A stretch of DNA of 64,000 nt from Alloascoidea hylecoeti (taxonomy: Eukaryota): assembly GCA_001600815.1 (NCBI GenBank), contig BCKZ01000001.1, positions 726,613-790,612 of the forward strand. The letters are read 5' to 3'. A program made the translations under genes and the position numbers. The notes below the pieces were generated by a model. It did not search any database and had not been told where the DNA came from. It saw nothing but the letters and a program-made list of their open reading frames with translations. Below are positions 24,962 to 36,397 of the stretch, piece after piece. Each line of letters opens with the position of its first letter. Positions within the stretch are counted from its first letter, which is position 1.

Positions 24962-27735
24962 TGTTAATTCCAAATTGTTATTGTAATAGTTGATGAATTG
25001 TTGATAATGTATGAAGTTCGGTTGTCAAAAACAGCGTTAAAGTGAAATGTATTTTGAGGTTTTATCAATTGAGATTTATGGAGAAGAAGATATCCTCCAT
25101 TTAAATGTAAATGTTTTCCTCAGATCATGTCTAGCAACAGTTATGGCTGATAATTAACAAAAACTAGTATAGCTGACTCCAGCTCCAAAAGTTGATCATC
25201 ATATAGCTACCTGCCAAAAAAATTATTAAGTTATACCATAAAACAACAATACATATATTGAATGTGTCAAATACGCGAAAGAGCTTCGTTAATTGAAGGA
25301 AGTACAAGCATGCTCAGCCTTAGTACAAACTGTACAACCGCAATCATTGATATTAATGATCATCTCAGATTCTTCTGCTGAAAAGTAAGGTGAAATCCTA
25401 TTATTTAACAATTAATAGAAGTTATGAGTAAAAATAAGGATGGTGTGCATTGCAGATAGCCTAAATAGAGGCAACAAAACTACATCAAAGCTGAGATCAT
25501 AAAGTAAGTTTCCGGAAACAGGCACTGGAGTGAAAGAAGTGAAAGGCTATGATATCACTGCTGGTCGTCAATGGATTCGTCCCACTGCCTCTTGTAGAAG
25601 TGGTGGCCGTGGAGGTTGAGTTTACGCTTCTGTTTCTCCGGGTAAATTTGCTATATTGTGCTACTTATAACATTATGTAATCACTAACGTTAATTTAGAG
25701 ACCTAACCAAAATTCAGTAAAAGAAATCTTCAGAATTTTATTACAGACATATATAAAAGTAATTGGCTAACCAAGTTTAATACAACATTTCTTCGCAATT
25801 GCAGTTTTAACCAAATATCACGATCAAAAAACCAGCAAAGACACACTATGTACCTGAACACGACAACAACCTGGTTTCGTATATTATCTATATGGCTATG
25901 ATGAGTTTGCAAACTTCAGGTCCATCAACAATACCCCAAATCACCGGTTCTGTATATTCAAAATTGTTAAGATCAAGAAATGAGTATAAACGTAACAGTA
26001 TGCACAACTATGCACAACTATGCATCAGAGAACTCAATCAGCAGGTTCGTAAATCAACGGAACACGAAATATAATGTTACTAGTGGTTTGCAATGGGGAG
26101 TTAATTATAAAAAAAAAAAATAATAGGTGTGAATGAAATTGCGCACGCTCCAATTAAGTTAGAAAGAGTGAGGGAGTGTTTCAACATGCTGTTTATTAAA
26201 AATTGAGTAATAAAATTGCTGCGATTTGATTCACAGGCACATTATATATTGGGGGTATTTCTTGGAGCACTTAACCAATGAATAGGCACGAAATAAAATA
26301 GAAAATACTATCATTTCTACCAGCCTTTCAATACATATAATCTACTGAGAAAACTTTCAAATCCACTTATATAAGCTGCTGTAATGGTAGAATTGGAATT
26401 AGTGATATGGAACTATGCAGGGCTAAAGGGCTTGAGATAGTAGATTAAAAATGAAAGAATCAGATAGTCTATTTAAATTTAACTGATTACTAAAGTTGAT
26501 GTGGTAGATGTTGTAGATGATTCTGAATTAACGGGTGAAGCGATAGCTGTGGAAGTATGAGGAGCCAGTTAAGTATAGGAGATGATTTATATGAAGTGAT
26601 GAAAGTCTGTTACCTGAGATGAGCTTGATATAGATAAGAACTTCCGATCAGTTTTATTTTAACGGTGTATCCCGCATGTTTTGTATAGTTTCTCCGGGGT
26701 GTTTTCCTTACAGGTGAATCGGATTACATTACAACCGTTATTTCCTCACAGTTATGATTCTTATATTATGAATATAACCTTATATGCATGCAATATTAAG
26801 GCAGACTTTTGCACTGGAACCCATTACTGGGACCACTGATTGCTAATTGGTATTGGCGGGTGTAATTGCACTAGCAATTGGAACTGGTCCTGATTCTGAA
26901 GAATTATTTGATTATTCTGATTGATTAAGTAGTTTTCCGGGTTCATAATTTGCAGAGCATTATGCAGTTTTTAAGAAACGTTTAAGGTCTTATAGAGTAC
27001 TCGATGGCTGGTCAATAGTTATACTGTTGCCATTTATATCTGGGGCAGTGACTCGAAAAAAGGGCACCTTTAAATTGATCCAGTTCCGATTCTATTACAC
27101 GGAACAGTGATTCCGAAAAAGTGATTCGATTTTTTCACAAAATTATTATGCATATGCATATGCCTGTTTCGTGCAAAAGGCTTACCTTAATTCCCAGATT
27201 TTATCGATATCAGTTTTTTTCGTGGCTCACATCTTTCTCAAGTATAATTTCGTTGCACGTTAGAAGCATATATAATATTCACTTTTGAACGTGATTTGGT
27301 CAGTGTCAAAAAATCATTTTATTTATGACAAAAGAATTTAGTGTATGGGTTCTATAAATCAGTAATTCACTGGATCACAAAGTTTTAATTATCTGTAAGA
27401 TGTTGTGTCCAATTACAATATTCGACAATAAGAAAAATGTATTTTATAATTAAGTAAAAAATGAATATTAAGTTCTATACTTCTATGTATTATATATGAT
27501 TTTTATTCCAATTGGATATTTTACAAGCGAATGATGCAATGAAATGAAAATGAATAATGTGCCAAAAAATAACTAACAACAAATAAAAATTCCTTTATAA
27601 TGAGTGAAAATGTGATGTGTTATATATAGATGTATTATGCTTGAAAAAAAATCCTTATTAGCCAATTAATTATGTATGTTAACTCTGATAAATTCATCAA
27701 CAAGTTAATACATACTCCCAGAAGAAGAAAAAAAT

Positions 27736-28524
27736 TTAATGGAATAACGTCCTTGTCATTCTTAAAAGACGTTCTCTACCTGCCTTAAGTGTATGGTATG
27801 TTGGCTGATCAGTAGATATCCGATGTATATTTCCGTGTCTATCAATCTCAGTATAAGATGACGCATGTGTCGAACGAATTGCTTTCCCCAAATATATATC
27901 TTGAAGAATTTCAACAGTTGTCTCACGAGTATTTGAATTCCTACCACCTTCTCGAATCATAATAGTATGTATCAGATCATCCAAATGCATACATTTTATC
28001 CTACTAGATCCTCTTTGGTGAGCCTGAGTGATAACTTGATTGCATGTCTGATGATGGATTTTATCTATTCTATCAACAGTCCATCTTTCATCAACTTCTC
28101 CAGATCTCGAACGATAACATTTTTTAATACCAGTGAATACACTTTTTCCACACATTTTACAGCTGTATTCATAACTTCTATCTAAATTCCCATTCCGTTT
28201 TGATTTCCTTTGATGTATAGGGATCTTATATTTTACTGTGAAGTATAGCCATATTGCATATTTTAGTTCTTGCTCTGTGTCACAATAATAACCCAAATCC
28301 AAATTGAAATATTGAATACAATAATGAAACCAACCTCTTGTTCCTCCATTCCCCGAGTATTGTTTCCTATTGAGAAAAAGTATTTCATCTAAATGATATG
28401 GACGAACATAACTTCTTGATCTTGATTGTGTTTCTGAACAATATGGAATTGAAGCATTGAAGATATCATCCTCGCTCGATTCTTGATCAAAATCAAGTAA
28501 ACTAGAAAACGGATCAAAAGCCAT
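27736..28524 (-). CDS. Array paralogue 5 (262 aa), near-identical core to paralogue 4
   Basis: ATG at 28524 (MAFDPF; the ORF-track start is TTG). Same motifs as paralogue 4, plus an acidic N-terminal insertion (DFDQESSEDD). Confidence 0.7.
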   Translation of the reverse strand: MAFDPFSSLLDFDQESSEDDIFNASIPYCSETQSRSRSYVRPYHLDEILFLNRKQYSGNGGTRGWFHYCIQYFNLDLGYYCDTEQELKYAIWLYFTVKYKIPIHQRKSKRNGNLDRSYEYSCKMCGKSVFTGIKKCYRSRSGEVDERWTVDRIDKIHHQTCNQVITQAHQRGSSRIKCMHLDDLIHTIMIREGGRNSNTRETTVEILQDIYLGKAIRSTHASSYTEIDRHGNIHRISTDQPTYHTLKAGRERLLRMTRTLFH

Positions 28525-30230
28525 TATTAAATCCAAATTGTTATTGTAATAATTGATAAATTGTTGGAGTTCGGTAGTCAAAACAGCGTTTAGGTGAGAT
28601 GTATTTAAAGATTATTATCAATTGAGTAAACCTTTATAGAGAAAAAGTAAAGTTATCAATTGAAGAGAAAAAGTGATCTATTTATGTTGTATAAGATTTC
28701 CCTAGATCATGTTTAGCGTTAGTTATGACTGATAACTAGTCTAAATTTAACATAACCGTTAAAATAAGTGTACGCAAAAACAATGCCGCATTGACAGCAA
28801 AAATAAACATATTGTACAGAAAAGTTGAATTTCAATGACCAGTAGAAGGAAAAGAGAAAGTATTATTATTCACCATGTCAGAATCAAACATCATGTAAGG
28901 GCTTGGGGGGTCTTTTTTTGAACTTAAAGTGTAAAAACTAGTCAAAATTACTTCTACATTACTAAATAAAGCTTTTCGAAGAGTCATAAGTGATCATAAC
29001 AGAAGACAACAAGCGTGATATTAATGGACGGAGAAAGATGCTGCACTGAAAAGGCAATGAGATTGGGTGAGATTCGTCAATGGTGTATCTGTGCTGTTAA
29101 AGGCTCAAAGTTATTCCCACTGCCACTCACGTAATTGGCGAAGTTGAGCTTAAGCTCCTTTTGTTGTTCCGGGTAAGTGCTTGCCACTTCGATGTTCATG
29201 CATATTATCATCAATGACATAACAACATTAATGTTAAGGTTATACTTTACTCAACTTTCGGTTGAGCTTGGGTAATAGACAATTATAATTTATAACAGAT
29301 ACACTTTATATAATTAAAATTTTAATTGCAATATATACTGGTACACAATATATTTGTGCAGATTATTTGAATGTGGATGCTCACGATATATTAATCGTAA
29401 AATATACGTACAACAACCTGGAAAACAACAATAGCTTGAAAGCATATACATCTATTGCAAAACTTTAAGGGTCCTAAACTAAAATACACAAATATTGTTA
29501 CATCTGAGGTCGGGAAGAGTTTAACATCCACATGGCCGATAACCATTCGTCAACATGATTATTATCCATCAAAATGGCCGAACATTAGTACTTTACCTGA
29601 CTGAATATGTATTTGTTACCAGTGCGCTCTAGATTGAAAGATGGATATAAGGATCACAGCAGGATTAAAGGATTGATCAGCCCAAAATTATTGCATTTCA
29701 ACCACTAATTGCAAAACCACCTACAATTATAAATTATTCAAAATAGTATTATTAAAATCTATTTAATCTCGTAATTCAGATGATATATTTTTGAGTCATA
29801 AATATTGTTGTCGTGTGAATGTTCTTCTACGATTTAGCGTATTGACACCAAGAGCTCTCCAACTTCAGTCTTTAATCGTAATTTCAAGCATTCCACGATT
29901 AGCTGAAAAAGTGCCATATGGACATATTATTATACCTCTAATTTCATGGAATAGTCAAATGTCTCTTTAATACAAGCGTCGTAGTAAAAAATGAGGATTT
30001 ATGAAGTTTAAAAACTTGTGGGACATAACGGGAAAAAAGTTGCAACTCAAAAGTTCTTTCTCTTTTTACAACCACCAAATCATAACAAATAATTAAAATG
30101 GCACGTACAAGGACTATGAAAACGAGAAGGGTAAAATAACAGGCTCATACTCTAATAGTTTATATTTGTTGGCGGTTTTTGTAATTCGTGGTTGAAATGT
30201 AACAGTTTTGGGCTGCTCGATCCTTTAATT

Positions 30231-30880
30231 CTGCTTGGACTCTTAGTCTGTCGGTTCAGAATTTTTAAAGAGAAAACTAGTTATATAATACAATAAAGAC
30301 AACAACAATTGTATAGAATGTCTTTTATAGTACAAAATATATATTGAGTTGTGTTAAAGTTCAAAGTGCCTGTTCTCCCAGTTGCGCCAAAAAGCCAATC
30401 GACTCTTTAGTGAACTGTTCCAAGAGTGTAATATATCCAACAAATTGAAAAAAAGAGTCCATTAAGTATGATATAGGCCCATAAGTTTTATATATGCTAA
30501 ACGCCTCAACCATTCTACTTAATTTAGGCCACCTTTGATCAATAATTGTCGGCTATATATCTCCTCCACTAATCATACAATTCTAAACTATAGTCTCGAG
30601 TCGTATAACTTACAATTAATATAGAAAAAAGGTAATTAGTAAAGGGGGAGGAGGAATATTTAGTTCATGTGGCCGAAATTAAGTAGAATTACTGTATACC
30701 GGTACACGGAGGCGTTTAAAACACACGTTATATGAACTATGCATATAAGTACTCCTTTTTGCCATTCAATATTTTGTACTACGTATAGGTATGATTGTTG
30801 TTGTCTTTATTGCAATTACACTTTCTAAGTCATTATCTCTATAAATTTTCTGTTTGTTCAGCTTCCGATCTAGTTAGCAG
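30231..30880. mobile_element. Degenerate foldback/MITE-like long inverted repeat centred near 30598
   Basis: Arm matches in reverse complement: 30291-30309 with 30794-30812 (19/19), 30329-30340 with 30769-30780 (12/12), 30498-30507 with 30709-30718 (10/10) and 30512-30532 with 30669-30689 (20/21). Arms may extend to about 30133 and 30962. Confidence 0.65.
30352..30442 (-). mobile_element. Very short (91 bp) solo-LTR-like element, copy B, inserted in the left arm of the foldback
   Basis: Reverse complement of 8243-8335 apart from one substitution and a 2-bp indel. Flanks AGTTG and AATTG (4/5 TSD match). Absent from the right foldback arm. Confidence 0.75.
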
Positions 30881-31334
30881 CGATATCATATAAACCAAAT
30901 TTGATAACTAATAATTGTAAAAGCTATAGCTAATATATTAATGGCATGTGCTGATGTTAATTATAAATTTTAAAGCAGTGTGATTGGCCTAACTTAGTAT
31001 GTCTTAAATTAATGTGAATGTTACAATAATATAATTAGTAAATCTTGGATATAAATAACTAAATATATATAAAGTGACTGTGTATTTTTTTGCGGTCCTG
31101 ATAAATTATATTATTATTACGAAGGTTGTATATTTTTATATATTGATTGGGTTTGACGTTTCTCTCCCCTTTTTTATTTAAATTTTCGTTTTGAAACAAC
31201 AAAGTCAAAAATTATTTTAAAATTATTATCGGAACCATAATATATGGATAATTACTACTGTTATATATCATTAATATCGACTTAATATATATAATATATT
31301 TTCAAAACAATAAAGGAATCATCGCAGCTTAGAA

Positions 31335-31796
31335 ATGAATATTAAGAAGTTAATTTTTTCACCGTTATTTTTTATTTTACTGTTGTGCCAAACCTCTCTT
31401 GTTAAAGGAGACGACACGACAACAGGAACTGAAACAGGAACTGAAGAAGAAACAACATCAGCATCATCCACCTCTAACACATTAATTTGGGTTACAGGTA
31501 CCGATTCAGCTGGTGTCACACAAACAACACAATCAATTTATACACAATCATTTAGAAAACAATATTCAACTGTTACTTCTTCTGTCCCTACGGGTACTAT
31601 TGGATTAGGGACGATCAGTGGAAGTATTGGGACTGTACGAGTCTACTCTACTACAACTATTGGCGGTGGATATGGATTTTCAAATATGAATAATTTTAAC
31701 GGTATTCTTACAAGTATGCCTAACTTATTTAGTGCTGAAACTGTTTTTCTAGGGGTACTCCTTTGGTTCTCTCTTTGTGGATTAATGATATTATAG
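31335..31796 (+). CDS. KRE1: KRE1-like GPI-anchored cell-wall protein
   Basis: Signal peptide, Thr-rich stalk, Kre1-type motif WVTGTD..GVT.TTQSIYTQSF...Y......VPTGTIGLGTISGSIGTVR.Y and a hydrophobic C-terminal GPI-like signal. Confidence 0.75.
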   Translation: MNIKKLIFSPLFFILLLCQTSLVKGDDTTTGTETGTEEETTSASSTSNTLIWVTGTDSAGVTQTTQSIYTQSFRKQYSTVTSSVPTGTIGLGTISGSIGTVRVYSTTTIGGGYGFSNMNNFNGILTSMPNLFSAETVFLGVLLWFSLCGLMIL

Positions 31797-33704
31797 ATAA
31801 ACAAAAAATAATATTATTTCATTAACCTTATATTAGTGACCAACTAGATTAATCTTTTAAACCTTATTTTGAGCATTCAATCATAATCATAATTTTCAAT
31901 TTATGTTTTGTTATCATCAATAGTGCATTTGTTTTATATTTAGAATCACCGGCTGTCAAAGTGAAGACCGAGATCTTTTTTAAGTTAATTATTGAATATT
32001 ATAATTAGTTGTTGAAGCATATGGGATTTAGCATACAATTTATGATTGTTTAAATCTGAATTTCAACATATTTTTGCTATAGTTTTTTGAAATTCAGATG
32101 TTAAATATAGCTTTTGATATTCACAATTAATTTTAATATTAATAAAAAAAAAACCTTTAAATATTGACATATAAAATTGCTACTTTTTCTTTTCAATTTT
32201 TATGATTGTAGTTATTTATTTTCCAGTTATGTATGTTGGGGTAAACCTTTGGTACAACGACGAAAAAACCATCCATACAAGATCTAGAAATAATAGTTTG
32301 GATGTGGACAGCTATAGCATCTATGAATGGGGTAAGAGCGGAATAAAATGTATAGTTATAGCGAAGACAGGACAAGCTCAAGACTGGTGGCGCCAATAAA
32401 AGCCCATGATCGGAGGGAGCTGTTATTTATTTCAAACTTAAGGATATGTCAATATTTGAAGATTAAAGAAATTGCAATCTTTAGCTATTTGATAACTTGT
32501 AATTAATTATAAATTGGAAACTTAACCCCATCACAAGATCTAAAGTCATTATCTTGAACTTTTATTCATTATGTAATCCTATATCTATACTATTATAATC
32601 GATATATAAGTTATAGCATTACACATTCACCATGATCTTTATAATTGTCATATTTCCACCACCCGCATGATTGAATTCAACCTCTTGTTCTATAATAGTT
32701 GTATCAATATGTGTATTTTCGACCGAAGAGATTCTCCAAACCCCAATAGGTGCAAAGATTATAAACCTAAATAATCGTTCCTCTTGTGCCATAACGTTTA
32801 CAATTATCTGATTTCCATTAGTATCATAGAACCACAAAGTGAAAAGGAGTTTAAATTTGTAGTCCAACTATTCTTGGAATTCCATCAGAACAGTAGTAAA
32901 CCAATCATTATCGCAGTCTTGAGTGTAAATGGATATGCATATGTCTAGCTTCTTAAATTTCAACCTTGTTTATTGAATCTTTTCGTTTTTCAATTTTTTT
33001 TTTTTAAATTCTTGATTTTATCATTAATTAAATGTAATTAATTAACACAATTGGTTTATATTTGGAAGTGACCCAGAAGTTACCCTCACCTGTCAAAATT
33101 AAGACCGAGATTCATTCATTAATTATTACATGAGGCTATATCTAGGTATAACATATTAGTGCCTGCATAACATAATATTCATAACTTTTGGTCTCCACAG
33201 ATCATTTTTTTGTAACACTATACACTTTTTATTATTATTTATTATCTATTTGTGCTCACATTTTGTTTCTCGAGATAGGAGAATAATGAAGATCTCTTAT
33301 TATATAGACCATTCTAGATTTACTTTATTAAGTCCTCAGGCGCCTTCATCACGGTCACTGTTAATATAGACATAATTTAAATTTATTCTCACCCACTTTC
33401 AATATTAAATATACAACTATTTAAATAGTATTGCTGAAATGATATAACATGACCTATTTTCTGACTCCATAATTTTAGAGAAAATTTCAGTGTTTAATTA
33501 TAGTATAAATATGAAGGCAATGCCCTTTCTTCTTTCTTCTTTCTTCTTTCTTCTCATTTATATTAAAACTTACGACTCAATTACAGCATCAATACTAAAT
33601 CTTAAATATAAGTGTTTTAGCTTTAAGATATATACATTAATATTATTATTATTATTATTATTATTGCCTATAGTCATCTCTATCTATCTAAATCTTTATC
33701 CGAC

Positions 33705-33989
33705 ATGAAGCTTCAATCATTTTTCTACTCTTTCATCTTTCCATTAGTATTCATACAATTGCAATTTCAAACCATTTTTGCTAAGACGGCAACAACAACT
33801 TCAGCAACCTCAATCTGGGTGACTACAACGGTTGGAGGAAAAGCAGAAACAGTGGAAGTAGAATATTCTCAAAGTTTTCCATCATTTTATACAAAAGTAG
33901 CTACAGTACCAAAGGGAAGTATTGGTTTAGGCACAATTTCAGGGAAAGTTGGAACTATTAGAACATACTCTACATTCACAACTAGTTAA
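33705..33989 (+). CDS. Short KRE1-like secreted protein lacking a GPI signal
   Basis: 94 aa: signal peptide, then WVTTT..G...T....YSQSF..FY..VA.VPKGSIGLGTISGKVGTIRTY, then a stop with no hydrophobic tail. Confidence 0.65.
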   Translation: MKLQSFFYSFIFPLVFIQLQFQTIFAKTATTTSATSIWVTTTVGGKAETVEVEYSQSFPSFYTKVATVPKGSIGLGTISGKVGTIRTYSTFTTS

Positions 33990-35276
33990 ATATTGGCCGG
34001 GAAAATTAAATGCACAGTATATGTTGTATATAATTCATCGTGTCAATGAAAATTCATAATAACCTAGACTTGGCCATCTCTATTTGAAGCTATTCATTCT
34101 CAAGCATCATCTTTAATAATAGAATTTTAAAAAACACTCAGATATACAGTAAATAGAAAGGTGATACATCATTGGTGCTAGATCAACTGATTATAATGTC
34201 TTAAACATGTTTCAAACGGAGATTTCGGGGTATTATATGACATATTCAAGTGAAACAGAAGGAAGCTTATTTTAACATGACAGCTGTGACCGTGGTAAAA
34301 ATAGCTCCAAATCAATTAATACTAATATATTTCAAAATTAAATTTAGAATTTGTAACTTATATCTAAATCTACCAACATGAACATGAACATGAACAGTTG
34401 TCTGTGGTTTTCTGGAGACAATTTTCCCACTGCCTATTAAATACCCTAATCGGTGCTATACCCTATGCCTGATCATCAACGAGGATAATTGTTATATTGG
34501 CTTTCTACTCCCATATTTATATTAGGATATAATTATGTAAGCCCATTTGAACATTCTCAATTATAAATCACTGTTAATAAACATATTTACTTGCCAACTT
34601 ATAATTACAAATGTGAATGATGAAATATATGACTTTGAAATTTTAAAGACTAATATATGGTAACAACGACTGTCCGTCATAAGGCACACATAAACTAAGT
34701 TTCTAAAATCTAACATAATGTATAAAAGGTGCTCATCTTAGAGAGTCCCAGGAAAATCGAGTATTTTTTACAGCACAAGCATCTAAGCATTTGGCATCGT
34801 TCAGCAGGTGGAGTACATCGTAAATACGGAGGCATCTTCTCCGCATCATTCACCATTTCAACGGTTTTATCGATGTTAAGAGTAGGAGCAATCATACCCG
34901 ATTTTGTTCTAGAAGACAACCCTTTAACCTTCAACAGTGGATTAGGCGCTCTGTGTGGCTCTGGCTCATCCGAGCAGTAGCACCGATAGGACTCGCGCAT
35001 GTCTCATCAGAAACCCGTGATTCTTCCAATTTTTTGAACTGTGGTATTTCATACGATTGTAGGAGCATCTAATATTGTTTCTAGATGTAAGATTTTTATC
35101 AATATATTGGATTCGTAATTATTTAAAATGTTTATAAATATAACTAAATAACATTATATACAAAGTTCTGTGAATATAAGGATGCAAAAGATATACTCAT
35201 ATTGGTGGTAGTACTTATTTCTATACTTTCTAGTCATTATTGTCAAATTGAATAAAAAAAGTAAAAAAATTGACGA

Positions 35277-36046
35277 TTAGTTGCCATTTATAATTTTACC
35301 AGCATTAATACTTGTGATATGCTTTTTAAGAGATTCAATTGTAATAACCTTTATATTCCATTTATCAGCGAATTCAAAGCAATCATCTCTTCTAGCCATT
35401 TCACCATCTTGTTCTCTAACCAATTCACAAATGACAGCAGCTGGTTGCAAGCCAGCCAATTTTGATAAATCCACACCAGCTTCTGTATGCCCACCTCTAG
35501 CTAATACACCACCTTTAACGGCTCTCAAAGGTAATATATGACCAGGACGCAAGAAATCCTTTGGTTTAGAAGTAGGATCAGATAATTTTAAAGCAGTCAA
35601 TGCTCTGTCATGCGCAGAGATACCGGTTGTTGTACCATCAGCGTAATCAACAGTGATTGTGTAGGCAGTTCCATGACGATCCGTTTGAGTTTTCAACATC
35701 ATGGGGAGATCTAAAGCATCGGCTCTTTCTGGGGATAATGGAACACAGACGTAGCCACTAAAAATGGGCACCATTAACATTAACTTCGTATATAAATATG
35801 AGAAAATGAGAAAAAGTAACATACCTGCTCCATCTGACAATAAAAGCCATTTTTTCAGTTGTAATGTGTTCAGCAGCGACAATTAAGTCACCTTCATTTT
35901 CTCTTGATTCATCGTCGAGCACCAAAAGATATTCGCCATTTTCTATACAGAGATTAGTCATAGATCTGGAATTTGCAATGAGTATAGATATACATACTGT
36001 AAGCCTCCAGAGCTTCGGGGATCGTTGAAAATTTAGAAGTAGTCAT
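35277..36046 (-). CDS. RIB3: 3,4-dihydroxy-2-butanone-4-phosphate synthase, 3 exons
   Basis: Exons 36046-35998, 35942-35825 and 35757-35277 (648 nt). Motifs VLDDESRENEGDLI, SSGYVC, TTTGISAHDRALT, RPGHILPL and GHTEAGVDL. Confidence 0.95.
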
Positions 36047-36397
36047 TGAAGTATAAAATCTGTCAAACGTTTAACGATGTTGGAAAAAAGATGAGTAATC
36101 CACAACGAAAATTAATTCTGTTTATTAACAAATTTTAAAAGAGAAAGAGAAAAGGTGGAAAAAAGGCAGAAGCACTCAGTTAAATATAATTGACACTCCG
36201 GAATATACAAATATTTAATATGAGGATTTAAATATATTAAATTAAGTACAATTCAATGGAGGATGCTGACTAAACACGACATGTCCTCCTGACTCATCCT
36301 TAGCTCATTATCTGTCAGCATATTAGTAATAATTTATAAGCAGAGACTCAAGCTCTATCTCCACACTCATCTTCCGAATAAACCATCCATATCCATA

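Noticed and set aside
8243..30442. Inverted 92-bp pair read as the TIRs of one giant 22-kb transposon or a mating-type flip/flop cassette
   Set aside because: Each copy has its own 5-bp TSD and the outer flanks do not match each other. No transposase core or recognisable MAT gene (HMG, alpha-box, homeodomain) lies between them.
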